From: Octopus vulgaris
Taxonomy: Eukaryota
Reading direction: 5' to 3'
DNA: 64,000 nucleotides
Assembly: GCA_951406725.2 (NCBI GenBank)
Contig: OX597819.1
Location: 133,300,001-133,364,000, forward strand
The notes under the pieces were generated by a model. That model saw only the letters and a list, made by a program, of their open reading frames with translations. It was not told the origin of the DNA and did not search any database. The number at the start of each line of letters is the position of its first letter. Positions within the stretch are counted from its first letter, which is position 1. The translations under genes and the position numbers were made by a program. Of the stretch, positions 43,806 through 57,914 are shown one piece after another.

Positions 43806-45206
43806 ATGCCTGCTAAAAAAGACACCAACGACATCTCCTCAATAAATGAAGAGATACTGAAAGAATTGAAAAGCATAAATTCAAACCTAACAGCAGTGTT
43901 AAACAAACTCAACTTAACACCTCGACCTTCTACACAAACCAACGAGGAAACCGAATCGAATAAAACACCCTCCGAAATATTCGAGAAAGTTGAAAATCTA
44001 TGCGATACAATGACGACATTCTTCACAAACTTTACGAAACAAGAGCAACAAAAAGAAGGAACACATGAGAAGAACCGAGCAACTTCAACATTACAAATAA
44101 AGAACCAAGTCCTCCCCCAATGGAGAACACTACAGCGAAACAGAAAATTCGCTTTTTGGAAAATGATACAAAATCAGAATAAAGCAGAGATTTACCAAAA
44201 ATGGCTAGACTCAACACCCCTAGTCATACCCCGTAAATTACAAATCAAACCCATCTCGGAAGAACCAGAAGAACAAAGAAAACTTAGAGAAAAAATGTCA
44301 TTAGAAAAAATGAAGATGGAAATAGAACTACTTAAGCTGAGAGCTAAAACGAATGAAGAAAAAGTAAAAACCATAGACGAGGAAATCAACGAAGAAGTCA
44401 TCAAACTAATAGACGACAACAATACTGAAACATTAACAGCACTATGGAATGAAGAATGTGAAAAAGAGGAACTTAAGTCCCTCCAACGATGGGAAAAGAG
44501 CGCCATCTGGTTTCTAGATTATGAAACCAACTTCAAAAATGAACACATATCCAACAACCCCTTCATAAAATTAAGCAAATCAAAACCAAATACCAATAGA
44601 ACGGAACAACCACCAAGAAATCCTACCACACTCTACACCAGAAAAGTACACCTAAAACACACCCCACACTACCTACACCAACCCCAAAACACCTACAGAG
44701 GCCCACCACACCAGTTCGAAAATAGACATACCAACAGAGCAGAACAACCACCAAGAAATCCAAACACACTCTACACCAGAAAAATGCATTTAAAACGCAC
44801 CCCACACTACCTACACCAACCCCAAAACACTTATAGGGTCCCACCACACCATTCCACGAACCTAAGAGCCACAACATACAATACTATAAAATACAACCCA
44901 CATAACCAAACCAAAACGCTACTACCAAACATCCACCCCAGGAACCAACCATACAACCATAACAAACAACAAATGCACTACGGAGGAAACAACTACCAAC
45001 ACAATACACCTGAGGAACTAAGACGTAACACTAGGTTCAACAACAGACTCCAGAACAGAGCACCACAAACTCACTCTGACAATTATAACAACATGAGACA
45101 GATAAATAATAGCTTTGAACATAACTACACCAACCATTTTTTAGACCCCACACACAGGAACAGGGACACACGATGGCAAAGGACAAACAAAAGAAACCTC
45201 AGGTAA
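43806..45206 (+). CDS. PLE ORF1, coiled-coil-like E/K-rich protein with N/H/P/Q-rich tail
   Basis: 466-aa open frame; 46-aa (138-nt) internal duplication starting at 44592 and 44730. Confidence 0.75.
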   Translation: MPAKKDTNDISSINEEILKELKSINSNLTAVLNKLNLTPRPSTQTNEETESNKTPSEIFEKVENLCDTMTTFFTNFTKQEQQKEGTHEKNRATSTLQIKNQVLPQWRTLQRNRKFAFWKMIQNQNKAEIYQKWLDSTPLVIPRKLQIKPISEEPEEQRKLREKMSLEKMKMEIELLKLRAKTNEEKVKTIDEEINEEVIKLIDDNNTETLTALWNEECEKEELKSLQRWEKSAIWFLDYETNFKNEHISNNPFIKLSKSKPNTNRTEQPPRNPTTLYTRKVHLKHTPHYLHQPQNTYRGPPHQFENRHTNRAEQPPRNPNTLYTRKMHLKRTPHYLHQPQNTYRVPPHHSTNLRATTYNTIKYNPHNQTKTLLPNIHPRNQPYNHNKQQMHYGGNNYQHNTPEELRRNTRFNNRLQNRAPQTHSDNYNNMRQINNSFEHNYTNHFLDPTHRNRDTRWQRTNKRNLR

Positions 45207-47470
45207 TTAAGATAATCAATCTCTCAAACAAAGAACTTACACCTAACGAAATAAGCATACTCTCCAAAGGACTTAAATTTACACCCACCCCACAACGTTC
45301 TAATTATTATGAAATGAAAGATGATATTTCGGAATTTTGCAGAAAACTAAGACTCACCGAGGCATTTCAAGACAAACAAATAGAGGAGGACTCAATAGCT
45401 AGAAACAAGAGCAATTACACCCCCACCAAAGGTAAGAATAAAGCCTTAGACCGCTATTGTGACTACATAACTAATTTCCCGTTTCAATTCATCAAGAAAC
45501 AAAAACACAGCCCTAACTTCAACAAAAGAGAATGGAACAACCTCATCAAACTAAGAGAAGACAAAACAATAACAATTAAGGAGGCAGATAAGGGCAACGC
45601 GATAGTAATAATGAATACAAACAATTATAAAAATTTAGTGCTATCCCTATTAAGAGATGAAACGTATTATGAAAGGGCCCAACAGTATAACCAGCAAAAA
45701 ATAATGCAAAACCTTAGGACATTAATCAACACATACCAAGAAGGACTCACGAACAAGGAGTATGAATACATCACTAACTTCAAATGCAAATCGAGTTTGT
45801 TCTATGGTATCCCTAAGGTACACAAAAGCCAAACCATTAGAGAAACGTGCAAAACATCCACCGACACACTCATCAAAATCCCTTCACCAAATGATCTTAA
45901 ACTAAGACCGATAATAGCAGGGCCAGCATGTGAAACTCACCGCCTCAGCAATTTCTTAGACACACTTCTTAAACCTTTCCTAAAACACATCAAAAGCTAC
46001 GTAAGAGACGATATAGATATGCTCAACCACCTCCCTAAAACAGTCAATGAGAAAACCCTTCTAGTATCATTCGACGTAGTTAATCTTTATTCTAACATCC
46101 CTCACAACCTAGGAATAGAAGCAATCACCTTCTGGCTGAATAACTACCCCTTTGAACTCCCAACTCGCATAAACAAAGACCTTATAATAGAAGGACTTAG
46201 ATTCATTTTAGAGAACAATTATTTTATTTTTGACAATGATTTCTACAGGCAAAGATCGGGAACAGCGATGGGCACGCGTACTGCACCATCTTTTGCCAAC
46301 CTAGTGATGGGATACCTCGAGAAAATACTATACCGGATGACACTCGAGAAATATGGCAACACCTTCGCCACCTATATCCATAACAACTGGAAAAGATACC
46401 TCGATGACTGTTTCATCATCTGGGACAAAGGCATAGAGAAACTTGAGGAATTTAAAATTCTATTAAATGGAATAAATGACAATATACAATTCACGATGGA
46501 CCACAACGAAAAAGAATTACCATTTTTAGACATCCTCATTAAGATAACCGGCAACAAAATAGAGACAGATATCTACTATAAACCGACAGACTCTAAACAG
46601 TACCTACCCTTTGATTCATGCCACCCACGACACACTAGAATGAATGTCCCTTTTTGTTTAGCTAGAAGGATTTGCACCATAATATCAGACACAAACACCC
46701 GACACACACGTCTCCAGGAACTTAGAACCACACTCACAAATAGAAACTATCCACAGCCCCTAATAGACAGTGCAATCCAACGGGTACTTAAATTAAGTAT
46801 AGAAGACCTGAGACAAACAAAACCAAAAAAGAAAGAACAATTAAAAACCCTTCCCTACATCTCTACACACAACCCACTCAACAATGAGGCCTTCAACACC
46901 ATACTACAAAGCACAGCCCTACTAAAGGGAGACCCAAAGATGAACCGGATCCTCGAAACACACACCATCATTAAAAGTAAACGGCAACCAAAATCCTTGA
47001 AAAGGATTTTAACCCAAGCTACACTGCACTCAACATCAACCACAAAACCAGCAGTTAGAAAATGTGGAAGGCCCAACTGCGGAATCTGTGTCATCTTGAA
47101 AGAAGGATCAGAATTTATACTGGAACAAGGCCACCAGTTCACCATTAGAACAAACTTCACCTGCGCATCAGAAAACTTAATTTACGTCATAACATGCGCA
47201 GGCTGCAATAGGCAGTATATAGGCCATACAAAAAATAGCTTACGTAACAGGATGGCGGTGCATAAATCACAAATTAGAAACCCTGATTACCGCAAAATAC
47301 CGGTCAGCGGACACATAGATAGATGTGCTGGAAATGTAAATCCGAAATTTACAACTAACCCGCTCTATAAATTCAGTGACAACGCAACCTTCACACAACG
47401 CCAAAATAAAGAACTATATTTCATAAAAAAATTTAGACCAAGTTTAAACACCCTGGGCCAGGAATACTGA
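45173..47470 (+). CDS. PLE ORF2: reverse transcriptase plus GIY-YIG endonuclease
   Basis: INLS..KGLKFTP, ADKGN, PKVHK, LRPII, SFDVVNLY, GTAMG, RYLDD, FLD, YYKPT, CGRPNCGIC linker, LIYVITCAGCNRQYIG. Confidence 0.95.
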   Translation: MAKDKQKKPQVIKIINLSNKELTPNEISILSKGLKFTPTPQRSNYYEMKDDISEFCRKLRLTEAFQDKQIEEDSIARNKSNYTPTKGKNKALDRYCDYITNFPFQFIKKQKHSPNFNKREWNNLIKLREDKTITIKEADKGNAIVIMNTNNYKNLVLSLLRDETYYERAQQYNQQKIMQNLRTLINTYQEGLTNKEYEYITNFKCKSSLFYGIPKVHKSQTIRETCKTSTDTLIKIPSPNDLKLRPIIAGPACETHRLSNFLDTLLKPFLKHIKSYVRDDIDMLNHLPKTVNEKTLLVSFDVVNLYSNIPHNLGIEAITFWLNNYPFELPTRINKDLIIEGLRFILENNYFIFDNDFYRQRSGTAMGTRTAPSFANLVMGYLEKILYRMTLEKYGNTFATYIHNNWKRYLDDCFIIWDKGIEKLEEFKILLNGINDNIQFTMDHNEKELPFLDILIKITGNKIETDIYYKPTDSKQYLPFDSCHPRHTRMNVPFCLARRICTIISDTNTRHTRLQELRTTLTNRNYPQPLIDSAIQRVLKLSIEDLRQTKPKKKEQLKTLPYISTHNPLNNEAFNTILQSTALLKGDPKMNRILETHTIIKSKRQPKSLKRILTQATLHSTSTTKPAVRKCGRPNCGICVILKEGSEFILEQGHQFTIRTNFTCASENLIYVITCAGCNRQYIGHTKNSLRNRMAVHKSQIRNPDYRKIPVSGHIDRCAGNVNPKFTTNPLYKFSDNATFTQRQNKELYFIKKFRPSLNTLGQEY

Positions 47471-47640
47471 TACAAAAGATAAGTCCTCCGAAAAGGAGAA
47501 CCAAATTTCACCACGGCCGCTACTTCAAACAGACACTCACTCTGACGGAAATATGCCTTAGTAAAAAAAGGGAAAAAAATTCTTTCGTGCAAATCTGACC
47601 CTGATACATACGATACAGCTAAGGGTCAGACCCGATTCTG

Positions 47641-48040
47641 ATTGGTCAACAAGTTGATGACGTCTAGCTCTGCTAGAATGGACAGGATACAAACAGGGGA
47701 CAGTCATTAGTCAGAATATTGATGACGTCCTTTTCTGCTTGAATAGTCACCTAACAAGTACAGACAGGGGACAGATCTAATGTAGCTATAAGTCGTGATT
47801 GGGCAGAATCTGAATGACATCCCGCTATGCTTGACTAACGAAGCGACTGGTCAAGACAGGAAACAAACAAGAGGGAGTTATAATGCAGCGATTGGTCAAA
47901 ATAATGATGACGTCCCGTTCCACTTGATTAAAGCCAACTAACGAAACGATTGGTCAAAACATTGATGACGTCACGCTACGCTAGATTGACCACCTAACAG
48001 GCATTATAAAACCAAGCATTTCACAAAAAATCACTAGAAC
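47641..48040 (+). promoter_or_regulatory. Putative PLE promoter: five ATTGG-N9-TGATGACGTC modules, TATA box and Inr-like TCACT
   Basis: Modules at 47641, 47706, 47798, 47891 and 47949 (two are degenerate); TATAAAA at 48005-48011. Confidence 0.55.
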
Positions 48041-48448
48041 CACCCAGCGAACTTCCACCATGGGTCATCACAATTGCTTAAGGTAAAAATGAATTCCTCG
48101 CTCTTTCGGAAACATCAATCTTCTGTATTGACCGCTTTCCACCACTTTGATCTGTTTTTTGTATTGAATACGTATCGCCACCGTGGGCCACTGCATCGAA
48201 CACTTTGAAATATACTTCAAACTATATATCAACTATACATGAACTATATATCAACTATACATGAACTCTAAGATGTCTGACTCCGTTGTGTATTATAAAT
48301 GAATTTCTTGTGTTTGACGGCATGAGCTGTCTCTTTTTATATATAACTTTTTTTGATAAGGTTCATTTCAGGAACTGAAACATGTTATAATGTATATATA
48401 AAAATTAAAAATTGTATAATACAGCAGCATTTTCGAACTTCATTTTTT

Positions 48449-48492
<44 letters not shown>

Positions 48493-48927
48493 ATCCCGTA
48501 AACCACAAAAAATCCAGACCACATCGTTGGATTAAGTATCACTTTCATCTTCTATTTCATATTTTGTTTATTATCCTATTTTATCCCCCTTAACTTAAGC
48601 CCACATCTCCGTTAAAGTTACGATCGCCATTTTTGTTTTGTTTACATCTCAATATCTGTTCTCGAAGGCAGAAATTGGCTTCAGAATTAAATAACCCTTT
48701 CTTCACACCTTAATATATACATTTTAATATATCTTCACTCATTTTCTTTTTTTTCCACCTTCCTTCTCTCCCCGTCTGTGTATATGTGTGTGTGTGTGCA
48801 CGTGTATGTATATATGTGTGCGTGTATGTATATATGTATGCGTATATATGCATGGACGTGAACTTTCACGAACTTTAGATAGATAAATAATCTTTCCTCT
48901 CTTTCTTACTCTCTCATCTCTCATCTT

Positions 48928-49915
48928 TCAGATACTCTATCTTCTAATTAGCCTTAAGATTAAATAACGTTTAATATTGTTTAATATTGTTTAACATTGT
49001 TAATAATTTTTCAGATACTCTATCTCTAATTAGCCTTAAGAATAAACAACGTTTTTAACCACACTTTAACATCTTCTAATTTTTTACCCACACTCTAATA
49101 TCTTTCTAATTAGCCTTTTTACCCACATTTTAATACTTGTTAATATATTTTCAGATACTCTATCCTCTAATTAGCCTTAAGATTAAATAACGTTTTTACC
49201 CACACTTTAATATATTTTTGAATACTCTATCTTCTAATTAGCCTTAAGATTAAATAACGTTTTTACCCACACTTTAATATAATATTTAATATAATATTAA
49301 TATTGTTAACATATTTTCAGATACTCTATCTCCTAATTAGCCTTAAGATTAAATAACGTTTTACCCACAAACTTTAATATTGTTAATATTAATAATACTC
49401 TATCCTCTAATTAGCCTTAAGATTAAATAACGTTTTTACCCACACTTTAATATATTTTTGAATACTCTATCTTCTAATTAGCCTTAAGATTAAATAACGT
49501 TTTTACCCACACTTTAATATAATATTTAATATAATATTAATATTGTTAACATATTTTCAGATACTCTATCTCCTAATTAGCCTTAAGATTAAATAACGTT
49601 TTACCCACAAACTTTAATATTGTTAATATTAATAATACTCTATCCTCTAATTAGCCTTAAGATTAAATAACGTTTTTACCCTCACTTTAACATTTTTACC
49701 CACACTTTAATATATTTTTGAATACTCTATCTTCTAATTAGCCTTAAGATTAAATAACGTTTTTACCCACACTCTAATATAATATTAATATTGCTAACAT
49801 ATTTTCAGATACTCTATCTCCTAATTAGCCTTAAGATTAAATAACGTTTTTACCCACAAACTTTAATATTGTTAATATTTTTTTCAAATACTCTATCTTC
49901 TAATTAGCCTTAATA
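48928..49915 (+). repeat. Tandem array (units of about 60-100 bp, 240-bp higher-order period) directly upstream of LINE ORF1
   Basis: Core ATACTCTATC(T/C)TCTAATTAGCCTTAAGATTAAATAACGTTTTTACCCACACTTTAAT repeated more than ten times. Confidence 0.9.
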
Positions 49916-49974
49916 TCTTCTTGTCTTCTCTCGAACATAGTTAGATAGATAAACAAATAGACAGATTATCCAGC

Positions 49975-50879
49975 ATGTCCAGAGCCTGGAGACCTGACGA
50001 ACTAGATTTATTCGTACGAGCCTGGGAGTGCGCCGACGGAGATAGCCCTAGCGAGGTGATTGCGGCTGCGCTGAAGAACAACGGCTACAAGAGGACAGCG
50101 GCTCAGATGGAGCGAAAGAGACGGGAATTCGTGCGCTCATATGCGCTTATACGGTCGCACATTGGCGCACTTGATGCCATCTTTGAGAACGAGCGGGGCA
50201 AAGATGGCAAGAATGGAGACGATGAAAGAAGTCACCCCCACCTGGTGGACGCCCGGGAGGAGGTTTTGAATGAGAAACCTGCCCGGGAAGTGAACCCAGG
50301 TGCAAGTTCTCCAGCCGGCAGCAAGGGCCATGGAGACGGAGAACCCGGTGAAGAGGTAGAGGGAGGAGGAAGAACTAAAAGAAGGACTGGAAGAGCTAAA
50401 GGAAAAGCTCAAGCAGGACCAAAGGGTGAAAAACCAGGAATAGAAGTGGAACCGCAAAAGATGGAAACAAACAGCGCACACGGGTGTGTAGGTTCTACCT
50501 GAGAGGTTCCTGCTGGCATGGAAAGGAAGGTGCAGGCTGCCGCTTTGCACATCGGGGACCCTGCCACAGAGACACGAGGCAGATGGACAAACCATCAACA
50601 CAAGGAAAAGGGATGGACCACGCACCACTTGCCCCAAAGCGGAGGTACGCAGATGTTGTGCGTGCCACAAACCGCCAACACGATGTTGTCGAAAGGGCAG
50701 CTGCTGAGCAACAATCTTTTTTGTGCATGGCACAAAAGATTGTACAGCAGCTGACCTGGCTTCATCAAACCCAAGCCCGCAGGTGGGACTACCCACTATA
50801 TACCAGACCACCACAGCAAACAGACCCAGGATGGACACCGCCGGCAACAACGTACACCTCACCTCGATGCTCCTACTGA
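49975..50879 (+). CDS. LINE ORF1 with Myb/SANT-like N-terminus and CCCH finger (frameshifted near 50485)
   Basis: W..DE...F..AW..IAAAL..GY.RTAAQ..RK; CRFYLRGSCWHGKEGAGCRFAH. Confidence 0.6.
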
Positions 50880-53828
50880 ACATCAGAGGACTGCAAACAC
50901 TCAGTAACAGGACAAAGATCCCGTTCCTGAGAGACTTTGTTGCATGCAATCAAGCCTTATGCATAGCACTTACGGAAACGCACCTGAAACCGGACATAGC
51001 AGATGCGGAGTTACACATACCACAGTATGCTGTACTACGGACCGACAGGAAAGAAAGGAGTCATGGAGGTGTTGCTATGTACATCCGTGAGGACCTCACA
51101 CCCCAGGTCCTCTTGTCATACTCAAACTCGGTGTGTGACACACTAATTGTACATATTAGGCAACTTGATGTAGTTGTGTGTGCTACATATCGCCCTCCAG
51201 ATGCCCCAAGCCATGTGGGCAAGTTTGAAGACTGCCTTATAAAAATAGAAGAAGTTCTAACCACATTAGAACAACACATAAGTGTACTTCTTATGGGAGA
51301 ATTCAATCTGCCCAATGTCAGATGGCCCGAGGGCCTTTCTCTCCCAGGAATGACAAGATGTGAACGAGGACAGGCGAGGTCCCTCCTGAACCTCATCAAC
51401 ACCCTGTACATGGAGCAGGTAATACTCCAACCAACCAGGGCAGGTAACACACTGGATCTCTGCTTCACAAATGACATGGATCTCATCCATAATGTGAAAG
51501 TGACACCGACACTACTCTCGGATCACAACATGATAGAGCTGACCATGTACGGGCCAAAAGAGAGCACGGACATGCAGCCTACAAGAAACCCTCAGAATCT
51601 TTCCAGCTTGAACTACCATAAGGCAAACTGGAAACAAATTGAGAAAGAGATCCTCAAACAAAACTGGCCTAAATGTCTCTCCTCGCCAGACATCGACGTG
51701 AAACTTCAACAGTTCATGTCTGTAATGCAAGCCATATGCTACAAATGTGTCCCAGAGAGAAAGGCCACTGTACACAAGAACAAAATCCCCAGAGAGAGGA
51801 AAATTTTAATGAGACGGCGTACAAAATTTTCAAATCGCCTAAACAAACAGATTGAAAGCAGTGAAAAGACCCGCCTAAAAATAAAACTGTTGGAAATCGA
51901 AAAATGTCTGCAACTCTCCCATGAAAAAGAAAAAAGCAGACAAAGAAGCCTGGGCTATAGACAACATAAAATCTAACCCCAGACCTTTCTACAGGTATGC
52001 CAAAGAAACAGCTACGGTGCACTGTAGGATAGGGCCACTCCTCGAAAAGGATGGCACACTTACAGGAAAACCAATGAGGGTAAGTGAAATACTGAATGAG
52101 CAATTCAAGAGTGTTTTCACTCCACCCCTTGGGCATCTCCAAATCACCAATCCAACTGACTTTTTTACCACTGCAGATATAAAATCAGAGGCGGCGACGA
52201 TAGATTACATCGATATAAAGGAAGACGATGTAATCAAGGCTATAGATGAAATGAAAACAGACTCAGCTACTGGCCCCGATGGATTCCCGGCAATCCTCCT
52301 AAAAGCATGTAAGAGAGTCCTGGCAGGACCACTGCAGTTCCTCTTTCAGAGCTTCCTTGCAGCTGGCAAACTTCCAAGAAAACTGAAGGAAGGTAAAATA
52401 TGCCCCATTCATAAAGGAGGTAGCAGAGCGGAGGCCAAGAACTATAGACCTATCTCTCTGACCTCACACATCAGCAAGGTCATGGAACGAATAGTCAGAA
52501 GGAAGCTGATTACCTTCCTTGAAGAGAATGACTTGCTGCCTGATACCCAACATGGTTTCCGACCAGGGAGAAGCTGTTTAACTCAGCTCCTACAACACTA
52601 TGACTGGGTGCTGAAACGGCTGCTCAACCACTCAAATGTGGAAGTGATATATCTCGACTTTGCAAAGGCCTTTGATAAAGTCGATCATGGAATGATATGT
52701 CACAAACTGCGTGATCTCAACATAGTTGGAAAACTGGGAGAATGGCTTCATGACTTTCTGAAAGATAGAAGTCAGGTGGTAGTGACCAATGGGGCCACTT
52801 CCATTAACACGCAAATAGTGAGCGGTGTTCCGCAGGGCACTGTTCTGGGACCACTACTGTTCATAATGGCCCTCTCAGACATGCCCTCAGCCACGCAGAG
52901 AGCCACGATCACAAGTTATGCAGATGATACAAAAGTTTCACATGCAATACAGAACCCTGAGGACACTAAACACCTGCATTGTGAGCTAGACAAAATATAC
53001 AAGTGGGCTGAAAAGAATAGCATGCAGTTCAATGCTGAAAAGTTTCAAGCTTTATACTATCAGCATGCAAAACTAAATGCAATACCCAATGAATACACTG
53101 GACCCGGAGGAATAGCAATCCCAGAGGCACAATCAGTGCGTGACCTGGGTATTTACATGAGTGATGACGCAACCTTTCGTGTACATGTTGCTAAATTGGC
53201 AATGAAATGTAGACGACTGGCCGGATGGATCCTCAGAACCTTTAGAACAAGAGAACAAGAAACCATGATGGTCCTCTGGAGGACACTTGTCCTAAGCCAC
53301 TTTGACTACTGCTCTCAGTTATGGTCAACATCCAGTGTCAAGTTGATCACAGAGCTCGAGGCGATCCGACGTAGCTACACGAAGAAGATAGCCTCTATGC
53401 AGAATGTAATCTACTGGGAAAGACTCAAGAGATTAAAACTATATTCCCTGGAGCGTAGGCGGGAAAGATATGCCATAATATACATCTGGAAGATCCTGGA
53501 GGGACGTGTCCTGAACTTTGGCATCGAGAGTTACGCAAATGCCAGAACTGGGCGCCACTGCGTGGTGCCTAGGACTCCGAACTTGCCATCAAGATGTAGG
53601 ACAAGATTCTGTGATAGCCTAGGTTTCCGAGGCCCACAGCTCTTCAATATCCTCCCGAAGAACCTGAGAGACCTGCATGGGGTGGATGCAGATGTCTTTA
53701 AAATGAAGCTGGATCTCTTCCTGTCAGGTGTCCCAGATGAACCAACTTCACGGCAGGAGGGGCAGATGAGGGCAGCTGCATCGAACTCTCTCATGCACCA
53801 AATGGCAGTTAGTAGAAAGCTTTCGTGA
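50723..53828 (+). CDS. LINE ORF2, APE endonuclease plus RT (split by one frameshift)
   Basis: LLNIRGL, LTETHL, GGVAMY, YRPP, LDLCF, SDH; QHGFR, GVPQGTVLGP, YADD. Confidence 0.9.
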
Positions 53829-53920
53829 AGTGAAACCAAGTAGCAACACCAAATGGCGGTGCCCCAGCATGGCCACAGCTCATAAGCTGAAACTAGAATC
53901 AATCAATCAATCAATCAATC

Positions 53921-54043
<123 letters not shown>

Positions 54044-54048
54044 CATAC

Positions 54049-57913
<3,865 letters not shown>

Positions 57914-57914
57914 A

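Larger units (their letters stand above)
43243..48459 (+). mobile_element. Penelope-like retroelement (Neptune-like), apparently intact, with pseudo-LTR direct repeats
   Basis: Direct repeats 43243-43746 and 47956-48459 look identical; RT plus GIY-YIG ORF; inserted in (TA)n. Confidence 0.92.
49975..53920 (+). mobile_element. CR1-group LINE family A, near full-length
   Basis: ORF1 (49975-50879, one frameshift); ORF2 APE endonuclease plus RT (about 50723-53828, one frameshift in an A-run near 51925); (AATC)n tail. Confidence 0.93.

Noticed and set aside
43243-48459. LTR retrotransposon
   Set aside because: The repeats lack TG..CA ends, there is no protease or integrase, and the RT and GIY-YIG domains are PLE-type
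48928-49915. CRISPR-like array
   Set aside because: The spacers are themselves repeated AT-rich variants, there are no cas genes and the context is eukaryotic
50137-50949. 270-aa antisense ORF and other antisense ORFs inside LINEs
   Set aside because: No recognisable motifs; shadows of the coding strand
51915-51940. Programmed frameshift within LINE A ORF2
   Set aside because: The copy at 6021-6045 is in frame here, so this is a copy-specific indel or a homopolymer error
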